NCBI GenBank assembly: GCA_024626585.2
Contig: JANKJI020000004.1
Coordinates: forward strand, 151,662,757 to 151,685,478
Direction of reading: 5' to 3'
Source: Ginkgo biloba
Taxonomy: Eukaryota > Plantae > Ginkgophyta
DNA: 22,722 nucleotides
Position numbers and translations under genes: made by a program. The notes below the pieces were generated by a model. It was not told where the DNA came from. It saw only the letters and a list, made by a program, of their open reading frames with translations, and did not search any database. This document shows, piece by piece, positions 1 to 10,877 of the stretch; positions within the stretch are counted from its first letter, which is position 1, and each line of letters opens with the position of its first letter.

Positions 1-385
1 TTGATAGATTCTTAGGTATATATGTATACATAGTAGTGTGATCTAGATTGTACCCCAGGTCACACCTTAGATCATAGGTAATTTGTGTCAGTTGGAAGTT
101 AGAACAATTAATTGGTAAAGTAGTTTATAACTAAAGCTATAACTATATCCATTGTATAAATGTCTTGTTGTTCATTGTAATTGTGTGAGAGCCAATTGAG
201 AATTTGAATTAGGTGAAAGGTAGTTCAAATTTTCTAATGTGAATAATCATANNNNNNNNNNTGATCGTGATTACTGCTTCTGTGTTAATTATGGAATGAT
301 GCGTGAATGACGGTACATATGTGTAATTTGATAGTTAATATATCAAGGTGAGACATGGTTTGTAAGTTACCAAAATATGCCAACA
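1..385 (+). mobile_element. Probable 3' part of a 5' LTR of an LTR retrotransposon
   Basis: Non-coding TG-rich stretch ending in CCAACA (380-385), a canonical LTR terminus. A TGG-initiated PBS-like motif follows after one base. No second LTR copy was found in the window. Confidence 0.45.
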
Positions 386-386
386 A

Positions 387-399
387 TGGTTCCATTGCC
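387..399 (+). promoter_or_regulatory. Putative primer binding site (tRNA-Glu-like, alternatively decayed tRNA-Asp)
   Basis: TGGTTCCATTGCC. This matches 12/13 to TGGTTCCGTTGCC (complement of a plant tRNA-Glu 3' end as I recall it; the mismatch is a CpG>CpA change). It matches 10/13 to the Athila-type tRNA-Asp PBS TGGCGCCGTTGCC. Confidence 0.5.
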
Positions 400-524
400 C
401 TCTATGAACCCGTTTGTCACTCCAATTTGTGAGTACGGTCTAGACGTGTTCTACATCTTTGATGCGATCAAGTTCATTTAAGGGCGTCGCCCTTCTTGAC
501 TGCTTGTTTTAGATTTGATGATTC

Positions 525-655
525 CACAGATCGCACCCAATCAGATCGCAATCCTGTCATAGTTGCCCTAGTGTTGCACACCACAAAGATCATAAGATTG
601 CACTAGGTCGACAGTTGCATTCCGTTGCAAGATCATACCCAATCGCCACAAGTCA
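525..655. repeat. Degenerate short tandem sub-repeats (GATCGCA/GATCATA/GTTGCA motifs) in the putative retroelement leader
   Basis: gatcgcacccaatc (~529), gatcgcaatcc (~544), gatcataag (~588), gatcatacccaatc (~631), interspersed with gttgca/gattgca. Confidence 0.45.
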
Positions 656-1359
656 TTCTCTACTTGGATATGGTAATGGCCTGTAGGATTTTTCCTTGAC
701 AGATGGCGCTATGATTGCTTAGTGCAAGAATGCTCTTACGATTAACTAGATTGTATTTATCACACAGTAGATTCCTTGAATTATGAGTTCAAAGATGCAT
801 CTTTATTCTATGGCAAGCTAAGTTTTAATGCCAAGATCTTCTAATGCCATCTAAGCAAACTGAATTTGATCCCCATTTCTCATTAGAAGCAGTATAGAAT
901 AGAAATCGGACAAAAGTAGGAGGACAAAATCATAATTCTCTCCATAGTGGAAAAACAACACCCAAGAAGGGTAAGTCCAAGGCAACAATGACGAGTGCAG
1001 CCACAAACCTTGACACTCTGCTAAAGGACAACAATGAAATATTGCATGAGGCAACAACAAGTTGTATAGTCAAGACCAAAACTGAACCTATAATTGAAGA
1101 ATTGTGAAGCTCGCAACAATCAAAAGTGGCAAAGGGGGCTCCCCAGGCTATTGTCTTCTATAAGTTCCAATCTTTTGGTAGTCTTTCCTCTAGGAGGAGT
1201 TTGCAACAAGCAATGAATATGATAAAGAGAGTTTACACTAGTTTCTCCAAGAAGTATTAGACAAAATCTATTGTTCAAAAGCATTGGCNNNNNNNNNNNN
1301 NNNNNNNNNNNNNNNNNNNNNNNNNNNNNNNNNNNNNNNNNNNNNNNNNNNNNNNNNNN

Positions 1360-1780
1360 ACGATATATGAAAAGACCATTATGATCAAGATTTAGGGAAT
1401 TCAAGATGAAGAATAGATCAAGAAACATTTGTTTCAAACATTGTAGGGTACTTCTTTGGCCTAGTATATTTGCATGGCAACTACAATTAAGCCGTGGTCG
1501 AAACTACAATATGATTTTTTGGGTTTTAGCATTTGGGAGACCATGTTACTATTTTGAAGGCTTTAAGGGAAATTGGGTAAGGCAATCATGAATTGCTCCA
1601 AGACTTTGATGGTTGTAAACGAGTTCTTGTCTCTGAGATGGACAAGAGTACACCTAATTTGAAATTGCATTTGATGGAGGATTTCCTTGATGGGTTGGCA
1701 TCTAAGCTGCAAGAGAAGATTTAACAACACTATGATGGACTACCCTTACTAAAACTTACCAAACTAGATACTTTAGATCT
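1360..1780 (+). pseudogene. Highly decayed retrotransposon gag remnant
   Basis: Translates to LMEDFLDGLASKLQEKI* at ~1671-1724, which fits the F-x-x-G-L motif at the end of the Retrotrans_gag domain. It lies downstream of the LTR/PBS on the same strand and has many stops. Confidence 0.35.
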
Positions 1781-2669
1781 AGAAATACATATCATTATGC
1801 ATAAATAGATGAGGCAGCTTTAGTCATGCATTTAGAAATGAAAAATAACCAAAAATATGAAGTGCAATGGTAACTCATATGGCATAGATATTTAAACATG
1901 TTAATTTATGATCATAGTGAACATAATGCATTTTTTTATAGGTTTTCAAGAAAGAGAGTATTAGACCAATTTCATTTTGCAATAAAGACCTTAGCTCCTT
2001 GTTGTTGGTTGTTGGGACTTCCTATTCAGCTCTGCTATGCGAGCGACCGAGCCTTTAACACATATATGCTACTTGTCAACGCCTAACACTAGTTATTAAT
2101 CTGCTAGACCCCACCCCATACCTCTTGCACTAGTTAGGATGCGAGGCATGGGTCTATTTTCAATTTCTTTTTGGCGTTAGGATAATCCTAGTAGCTAGAA
2201 TATCCAACCCATACTGACAGTTATTAAGTATGTTAATCTCTAATTACAAAAGAAACCTTAGGGACACAAACCCTAGACCAAGAATTCTACTAGTATTAAA
2301 TGATCCAACTATGGCCACAGACCATATCCCATGGCTACATAAGAACCATGGCACATGACTGCACAAGAGCCAAGCGATCTATAGTTACATAAGAGCTTAT
2401 AGGCCCTCTAGTTATACTATAGAAAATTGGTAGCAAGATGTTCAACATGGACAAGAGTGTAATAGCCCCTACCTTAAGCTTGCAACTTTGGTTAGCAAAT
2501 TATATAAAACTTTTCATAACATAATAAAGCATAACCATTATCTTCATAATTGCATATATTCATATAAATNNNNNNNNNNNNNNNNNNNNNNNNNNNNNNN
2601 NNNNNNNNNNNNNNNNNNNNNNNNNNNNNNNNNNNNNNNNNNNNNNNNNNNNNNNNNNNNNNNNNNNNN

Positions 2670-3807
2670 TTAAAACAATCTTGAAAAATCTTGTGATGCT
2701 TTTGGAGGATTGCTTCTAGGGATTCCTTTTCCTCTAGTATTTGTTCTTCTTGTGTTTGTTGATTGGCATCTTGTTGTAGTTCTACCTCCATAGAACATAG
2801 TCATGCTATGAAGCCAATGTGACCCTCTCTAAGAGTATTATCCATCTTCTTGGAATCCAATATTTGATTTGGTTGGGTGCATTTTCTGTTGATAGTGTAC
2901 TTTATTCTATTAAGATTGAATTTCATGAAAATTCTTATCATAATGCATCCCATACAATCCAAGTGTCCAAAGCCATTGGGGACCAAGAATTGCATCCACT
3001 TTGCTAATGGGTAAAAGCAAAGAAGCTTGAATTTAGTGTGCAGTCACCTATTGTAAGTTTTATGTTTTCAACTACTTTGTATGTTAGCAATTTGTGTCTT
3101 GGGANNNNNNNNNNNNNNNNNNNNNNNNNNNNNNNNNNNNNNNNNNNNNNNNNNNNNNNNNNNNNNGAAAATTTTCCCTATACATGAAAAATTACTAGAA
3201 AATAGAATTTTTCCCAAAAATGTTATTTTCGGCGTAGGAGTCTTGATGACAAATTTCAACACATTTTCTTTAGATCAAAGAAGTTATGAGCGCTCCCTTA
3301 GTCGACCATGACAAGTAGCTTGGATTTTTGGAAAAAATAGTGAACTTTGAAGGCATCCAACCTTTGGATTTCTATCNNNNNNNNNNNNNNNNNNNNNNNN
3401 NNAGTGATATCTCCACTTTTTCTATTTGTATAAGTGCTTCTTCAAAAAAGTATTCTAGTTGATCTTTTGGATGATGTTGGTTTCTCTTAGACTCCTGGTT
3501 CATATTAGATTTCTTGTTCTTTTTAGGTACTTCAACCATGTAGAAGTTCTTTTGTTGATTCTTGCATACTCGTTTGTCTTGTGTCCATGGTTCATTATAA
3601 TTATAACATTCCTTCTTCAACTTCTCTTCTTCTATTTCCAATTGGTTCAAATGTCTTCTTTGTCCATTACCTTGAGAAAGCTTATTGAATTGTTGTCTCC
3701 TTTGTGGGACTACATACTGTTAATGGATAACTTTATCCCTTATTTCAGTTTTTCTTGCCAAGTTCATTGCCTGTTCCAATGACTCGGAGTTATGCTTACA
3801 AAGTTCT
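2670..3807 (-). pseudogene. Ty3/gypsy (chromovirus) gag C-terminus, aspartic protease and PR-RT linker; copy A
   Basis: Gag knuckle remnant KLKKECYNYNEPWTQDKRVC, protease site LLVMVD*GSAHN (~3281-3318) and linker LEAILQKHHKIFQD. It is collinear and visibly similar to ~5670-6680 and is bounded by 100-N gaps. Confidence 0.88.
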
Positions 3808-3907
3808 NNNNNNNNNNNNNNNNNNNNNNNNNNNNNNNNNNNNNNNNNNNNNNNNNNNNNNNNNNNNNNNNNNNNNNNNNNNNNNNNNNNNNNNNNNNNN
3901 NNNNNNN

Positions 3908-4200
3908 ATCGTGTCTTTTCCTTCAGACTTTGGAAGCCCAGTAATGAAATCCATGGATATCTCCTTCGATTTCTATTTTTGGTATGGTTAATAGCTGGGG
4001 CATTCTTAGAGTGACAACATTTTTATATTTTTTTTATTGGCATGTGTCACATTCATTAACAAATTTGGTTATATCTATTTTCATCTTGGCCCAATAAAAT
4101 GTACTTTTGATGTTTTTGTACGTTTTTTGTGACCCAACATGTCCTCCCAATGGGGCAATATGGCATTCGTGTAGTACATTCTTGATGTAGTTTAATCTAG
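3908..4200 (-). pseudogene. Integrase N-terminal HHCC zinc finger and start of the core, copy B
   Basis: HECHIAPLGGHVGSQKTY...FYWAKMK...VNECDTCQ and EISMDFITGLPKSEGKDT. Confidence 0.92.
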
Positions 4201-4374
4201 GTTTCATGTAGATTTAGTGTTTATAGAAGATTATGCTATTGCACACCTCCCATTTTTCATCCTTTTTGTTGTTTCTAATCCTTACTTGGTTTAATGGTTA
4301 TGGGATCTTTTGAATATTCTTCTAACAGCTCACTTATCCAAGTTGGTTAAACTATTGATGCAGCTTTAAACATT

Positions 4375-4760
4375 CTAGAAAGGGTGTTTGCTACAACATT
4401 TTCTTTTTTCTTTTTGTAAACAATGTCAAAGTCAAATGTTTGAATTTGTTCAATCTAGTTCTTTTGCTCGTCAATTAGTGTATCTTGTTGGAGGAGGCAC
4501 TTTAGACTATTGTGGTCTATTTTAACTATGAATTTATTTCCAAGGAGGTTTTAGTGACATTTTGTGAGTTCATGTATAATAGCAAGCATTTCTTTATCAC
4601 ATGTCGATAATCATCTTTCTCTATCATTCAATTTATGACTTTCAAAAGTTATCGATCTATCATCTTGCATTAATAGAGCATCAATTCTAGTTCCTAGTGG
4701 ATCACAATCTAGAATGAATGGTTTGGAAAAACTTGGTGTTGAAAGAACTAATGTAATTGG
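4375..4760 (-). pseudogene. RNase H remnant of copy B
   Basis: FILDCD, EMLAII, FIVKIDHNSLK and FDFDIVYKKKKENVVANTLSR. Confidence 0.9.
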
Positions 4761-4859
4761 CATTGTCATTTTCAATTCTTAAAATGCTTGAGATGCCAAG
4801 CCATACCACTTAAAGGCCTCTTTCTTTGTGAGATCTATCAATGGTGAGACAATGCTCGC

Positions 4860-5690
4860 TTAGTGGTGTACAAATTTCCTATAAAATCCCATTAATCCAA
4901 AGAATCCTCCTAACTTTAATCCTATCTTAGGTTCAGGCCAATCAATGATCGCTTTTATCTTGCTTGGGTCCACCTTAACTCCATCTTTTGTAATAATATG
5001 CCTCAAATATTCAATGCTTTGTTTTCCAAAGGCACACTTGAACTCTTTTGCATATAAACTATGATTTTCTAGAATTTCCAAGCCTTTGTCGAGATGGTCT
5101 AAATGTTCGATTTATTCGACATTGTAGATTTTTATATCACTAAAGAAAATGAGAATATATTTTTTGAGTATTTTCATAAATATTCAATTCACTAATGCTT
5201 AGAATGTCGTTGGTGCATTGCATAGTCCAAATTGGCATAACTTGAAACTCATAATGTCCTTGATGGGTTCGAAAGGTTGTTTTATGTTGATCCTTTAATC
5301 AAATTGGGATTTGATAATAATATGATCATAAGTCAATTTTGGAAAAGCCGATTGCACCATGTAGTTCATCTAAAATATCATCAATTCTAGGCATGGGAAA
5401 TTTATTTTTTATGGTGATTTTGTTAAGTGCTCTTTAATCAACACAAAATCTGAATGATCCATCTTTCTTTCTTACAAGAACAATAGGAGTTGCACAATGA
5501 CTTTTACTATATGTGATGGCACCAATGTCAAGGAGTTCCTGCACCAACATTTCGATCTCGATTTTTTGGTTATGTCTATACTTATATGGTCTTATAATTT
5601 TTGGTGCCTTGTTTAGTTCTAATTCGATGGTATGCTCCATATCCCTATCTAGTGGTAAACTTTTGGGAAGGTCTTGAAAAAACATGCAAT
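4860..5690 (-). pseudogene. Reverse transcriptase remnant of copy B
   Basis: RPYKY, ATPIVLVRKKDGSFRFCVD, MPxGLCNAPTTF-like motif, ILIFFSDI (decayed FFDD, ~5135-5158), GVKVDPSKIKAIIDWPEP and GFFGLMGFYRKFV. Confidence 0.95.
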
Positions 5691-5889
5691 GCTTTTGGAA
5701 GACTACTTCTAGGGCCTTATTTTCCTCTAGTGTTTGTTCTTCTTATGTTTGACGATCAACATCTCGTTGCGATTATGCATCCATGGAACATAGTCGTGCT
5801 ATGAAGTTGATGTGCCCCTTTCTAAGGATATTTTCTATCTTCTTCAAATCCATTATTTGATTTGGTAAAGCATGTATTTTTCTAATAGT

Positions 5890-6260
5890 GCCCTTTATTC
5901 CATTAAGCTTGAATTTCATAAAATTCTAATTACGGTTTGTCCCATACATTCAAAGTTTTTGTAGCCATTAAATACCAAACATTGCATCGACTCCACCAAT
6001 GGGTAAAGCAAAGAAGCTCGAGTTAGTGTGTAGTCACCCATTATAAGTTTTATGTTTTCAACTACCCCTTCGTATATTAGCAATTTGTGCCCTGAGATGG
6101 TGACTGGAAAGGGATTTGTTTGATTGACATAAAGTCCCAATTACTTCACTTTCCTTGGATTAGTAAAGTTATGAGTGCTCCCCAAGTCAACCATGGCAAG
6201 TAGCTTGGGTTTTTGAATAAAACTATAAACTCTGAAGGTGTCTAGCTTTTGGATTCGTAT
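5890..6260 (-). pseudogene. Retroviral-type aspartic protease remnant of copy B
   Basis: LAMVDLGSTHNF at ~6200-6165 (the D-S-G site reads D-L-G) and the C-terminal PIGGVDAMFGI*WLQKL motif. Confidence 0.9.
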
Positions 6261-6399
6261 CATTGTCAATGGTGATATCTCCATTTTTGCTATTTGTATA
6301 GGTGGTTCTTCAATAAGATCATCATCATTGTCATCCTATAATTTTGGTTGATTTTTTGGTGATGATGTTTCCTCTTCCACATTTGGCTTATATTGGATT

Positions 6400-7254
6400 T
6401 CTAGTTCTTCATTAGGTACTTCAACCATGTAAATGTTCTTTTGTTGGTTCTTGCATACTCATTTGTGGTCTTGTGGCCATGCTTCATTTTTCAACTTTTC
6501 TTCCATTTCTTGTTGGTTAAAATGTCTCCATTGTCCATTACCTTGCGAAAGCTTATTGAATTATTGTCTCCTTTGTGGGATTGCGGACCTATCATGGAGA
6601 GCTTTATCCCTTATTTCAGTTTGTATTGCCAAGTCCATTCCTTGTTCTAGTGACTAGGGATTATGTTTTTGTAGTTCTACTTTGATTTCAAGTCAAATAT
6701 TACTGATGTAAAAATCTAATGCTAGGTGATCATCCATTCCTAATTTGGTGTGCAGAATTTCAAATATCTTTATGTACTTTTTAGTGGATTGGTCGAGTTG
6801 ACAGAAATGTGCCAACTAAATGTATGTATCACCCCTGTTTCGATTTACTCTCTTGAAAAAGTCATCTGAAGTAGTATTTGTGTTGATAAAGGTCATGTCA
6901 AGCTTTAGCATCCATTCATGCGGCTCGATTGGTCTGTCAATTACAAAATGTGGTCCGTTTGGTTGCAATTTGTACACTATTCCACTTCCTCTAAGTGGTC
7001 GTGGCTATGAGTTATTTTGTTGCGCCATTTGTTGTTGTTGTGGTTGTGGATTTTGTGAAGTTAAGTGAGCAATATGCATTGCAAGTGAAGCAATTTATGT
7101 TGAAAGATTGTTATAGGTATCTTATGTTTACTAAGTGTTGTTGCCCATATCTTTGAGTTGCCTTGAAATATCCTTGTGGTTGGTTTCCAATTTAGATATT
7201 CTATCTTGGACTTGTCATGTTGCCTACGCTTTGCGAATGAGTTTTAACTAGCAT
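6400..7254 (-). pseudogene. gag remnant of copy B
   Basis: EWMLKLD..., LAHFCQLDQSTKKYIKIFEIL (the Q...S..Y...F..L major-homology-like motif), SLEQGMDLA, and EAWPQDHK*VC knuckle remnant. Confidence 0.75.
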
Positions 7255-7298
7255 ATAAATTATCAGTCATAAGATCATTGTGAGCATCTGACCTTACT

Positions 7299-7473
7299 TA
7301 TAATGACCTTTGAGGGTAATTAGTAATAAATAATAGATTAAACACAATAACCATACATAGAAGAAATGAAATATACTAAAAATAACACCATATTGATCAA
7401 GACATAAAATAAGCCAACGTTACACTTCCAAGTATGTATAGAATCACTTATTTTGTAAGAGCCCTTTTCTAAG
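7299..7473 (-). mobile_element. Possible inner end of the 5' LTR of copy B, with a decayed PBS at ~7282-7296
   Basis: About 45 bp upstream of the gag ATG. The plus strand reads tataatgacc, which could be TGTAATGACC with G>A, and gcatctgacc only loosely resembles GCTCTGATACCA (tRNA-iMet PBS). Confidence 0.3.
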
Positions 7474-8410
7474 NNNNNNNNNNNNNNNNNNNNNNNNNNN
7501 NNNNNNNNNNNNNNNNNNNNNNNNNNNNNNNNNNNNNNNNNNNNNNNNNNNNNNNNNNNNNNNNNNNNNNNNNCATTCAAACTCTATTTTTTGTGAACGA
7601 TATATCTATGAAAAGATCTTAATGTCTAATTTTTTAAAATCTAATTTTTTTTACTATCAAACTATCCAAATTATACACAATTTGATTATAATCAAATTGT
7701 TCTATTTTTAAATCCCAAAATTTCCTTTTGTTCATTTTTAGTTATCATTTAAGTCATTCGCCCACAAATCAAACCTTCTCCATCTAGAAGATGATGGCCT
7801 CCATCATCCTTCCTTATGTTGGATGAAATTTCTTCCAAAAGTAATATTTTATTCTTATAGCTATGAATGTTAATTAGCTCTTAAACTAAGATGAAACAAA
7901 GAACATGTAGGTGTTTGTATATGATCTCTCTTCCATAAAGATCGGTATTATGTCAGCAACAAAATAATATTTTTAAGAAAAAATACTATAAAGGAATTTC
8001 CACTCCACTAATATTACATTCCACAAAGTCATCTATGAATTAACCAATGCATTGTCTCAATGGATCTTACATGTGCAAACTTAGACTTCTATCCATTTCC
8101 CTTGTTCCTCGTCACTTTGACAACAATATTTGCAAAATTTTGCCTCGAATATTCTGCATCTTCAACACAAGGTGGACTAATTCCATTCGCAAAACATTGA
8201 AGGGCCAATTTTAAATTGTTACAATTTGCATTCTAAAGCCTATTTAGATAGGGAAGACAATACTCACACTGAGTTGAAAACTCCACCATCTGATGTTAGT
8301 GATGTGAGTAAGCTTCCATTTGGTGGCCTATGGCGCATGCATAATTGATTCAACACCATCTCATGAATTGGCAAAAGACGATAAGATTGTTATTCCCTCA
8401 TTCTTGAAGA

Positions 8411-10070
8411 CTCAAAACTATCAATTTGGAAACTGGACCACATCCTTATAATGGCATTGTGGGGGATCATTGAGACCTCGAGATAGTAACAAAGGCTTGA
8501 GTAATTTTTGAGAAATATTGTTATGTGTTTTCATGGAGTTACAAAGACTTCATGGGTATTCCACCTGATATTGGGGTACATTGCATCAAGTTTGCTAAAG
8601 GTGCCAAACCAATTCATCAACATCCTTTTCACTTGAATTCAAAGTTCAAGGCTAAGGTCAAAGACAAATTGCATAAAATGTTTCAAGTTGATTGCATTTA
8701 TGAAGTAGACACTAGTGAATGGGTGAGCTTGGTGGTTGTGGTAAAGAAGAACAATAAAATCCAGATAAGTTGATTACTATGAATTCAACAAGACAAGACC
8801 TCTTTCTGATACCATGCACTGAAGATGTTTTGGACAAAGCTGTTAGCCATGATGTATATTCATTCACATAAGGTTTCAAAGGATATGATCAAGTTAGTAT
8901 TGCTTTGGAGGATTAGTTGAAGACAAATTTTGCCAATGAATGGGGAACATATACCTAGTCTTAGGCCATTTGGATTAAAAAACTGTCCCAACAACCTTTT
9001 AGTGTGTCATTCTATTTTCGAAGATGTTATTAGTAAGAAAGTTGAAGCCTTTTTGGATGATCGAACTTCATGTGGATTGTTGGCTAATCATCTAAAGGCC
9101 ATTCGTGTGATGTTAGAGATTTGCCTCCAAACATGATTTCGTTTGAATCCAGACAAATGCATCTTTCTAGTGCCTTATGGTACTTTGATGGGTCACGTGG
9201 TCACCAAAGCTAGATTGCTTACTAATCTAGACAAAGTACATGTTATCTTGGCCTATCCAATACCTACAAATTCAAAACATTTTAAGGGATTTTTAGGAAT
9301 GACTGGCTATTATCGAAAGTTTATCGAGGCGTATGTAGGAATTTCATAACCCTTGGAGGCAACGTTAAAGAAAGGAGTTGCATGGGTTTGGATTTAGGAA
9401 CATCAATTCGCATATGAGACCCTCAAAACAAAGGTTCGACACCTACCCTAAGATTTCCTGATTGGCAAAGCCCTTAGGTGTCCATGTGGATGCTTCATTT
9501 TTTGCTCCTTGATGTGTTGAAATGGCTTGCCGACGATAAAGTTGAATATCTTGTTTACTTTGCCAATAAAAAACTTACCTCTATTGAAAGGAACAATGTT
9601 GCCACTAAACAAAAAGGCTTGGGCATGGAGTATGCCCTACAAAAATTTAGGCATTATTTATTGGCCAATCCCTTTCCTTTTTCATTAAGTATTAGGCATT
9701 GTTATATTAGGTGAACAAGCCATTATTTCAAGGACATTTAAGTCAATGGCTCCTCTTGTTTCAAGAGTTTGTATTTAAAATTATGGTCAAACGAGGGAAG
9801 GCACGTGTGGTTCAGAACAAGTTATCTTGCATTGATAATGGAGAGCTAACACTTGGTATTCAAGATGATATTCCAGAAGCCAAACCTTTTCATATTGATA
9901 TTGTCTCTAACTATTATAATGGTATTGTGCAGTGGCTAGCATCAAGCACAATGCCATCAAGCTCGGATAGTAATGAGCATTGGAATTTAGCTCATTGCAC
10001 AACACCATGTCGATTGATTATTAAACAATTATATTGTTTGGGACCTAATCAAATTTTGCAATGTTGTGTA
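8411..10070 (+). mobile_element. Degenerate non-chromovirus Ty3/gypsy pol fragment (RT, RNase H, RH-INT linker)
   Basis: KTINLETG...VGDH*D, VFSWSYKDFMGIPPDIGVHCI, EWVSLVVVVKKN, PFGLKNCP, VEAFLDD (catalytic motif), LNPDKC, GFLGMTGYYRKFI, YFANKKL, YALQKFRHYLLANPF, WLLLFQEF and LYCLGPNQILQCCV. This is a different lineage from copies A and B. Confidence 0.93.
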
Positions 10071-10345
10071 AACACTCCTTTAGGGTCATATGGTTAAGAG
10101 CCTACCTCTTCAAATCTAAACTCGGGGATTTCTTTGGCATGAGCTTTGGCTTGACTAATATTAGAGATTATGAAATTACCAATCCTCAGAGAGAAAGAAT
10201 GGAAAGTAACCTTCTTCTACCTTTGAGAAACTTTAGTGTGGATCACTTGAATTTGCCAACATAACTCATATAATACAACTTGGTCATCTTCATATTTTGA
10301 TAGACAATGTGGGGCACCATCAAAACCATATAATCTAATATAGGA
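10070..10345 (-). pseudogene. Antisense ORF remnant of unknown function, probably a retrotransposon accessory ORF
   Basis: One frame: SYIRLYGFDGAPHCLSKYEDDQVVLYELCWQIQVIHTKVSQR*KKVTFHSFSLRIGNFIISNISQAKAHAKEIPEFRFEEVGS*PYDPKGVF. It is not in the ORF track and is cut off by the N-run at 10346. Confidence 0.55.
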
Positions 10346-10877
10346 NNNNNNNNNNNNNNNNNNNNNNNNNNNNNNNNNNNNNNNNNNNNNNNNNNNNNNN
10401 NNNNNNNNNNNNNNNNNNNNNNNNNNNNNNNNNNNNNNNNNNNNNNNNNNNNNNNNNNNNNNNNNNNNNNNNNNNNNNNNNNNNNNNNNNNNNNNNNNNN
10501 NNNNNNNNNNNNNNNNNNNNNNNNNNNNNNNNNNNNNNNNNNNNNNNNNNNNNNNNNNNNNNNNNNNNNNNNNNNNNNNNNNNNNNNNNNNNNNNNNNNN
10601 NNNNNNNNNNNNNNNNNNNNNNNNNNNNNNNNNNNNNNNNNNNNNNNNNGAAACATCTAGAATATTTTTTTTTTTTTTTTATCATTCACAACACTCTCTT
10701 ATTCATTCATGTTGACAAATTTTTTTATCATTTTTTTTTTAATTTCTTTTCTTCTTATCTCAACGTCTTGTCTTGCTTCCCATTATCGCATTTAGGTGGT
10801 TGAATCTTAATGTTAGTGCCTCCATAAAATGAAAAAAACATATGGACCCGTGGAAGGTAGTTGAAGGGGTCGATAGG

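Larger units (their letters stand above)
3908..7254 (-). mobile_element. Degenerate Ty3/gypsy LTR retrotransposon, chromovirus (Reina-like) gag-PR-RT-RH-INT; copy B
   Basis: Gypsy domain order on the minus strand: gag start MLVKTHSQ (ATG 7254), PR, RT, RH, INT N-terminus. It has many stops and frameshifts and is cut off by the 100-N gap at 3808-3907. Confidence 0.95.
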
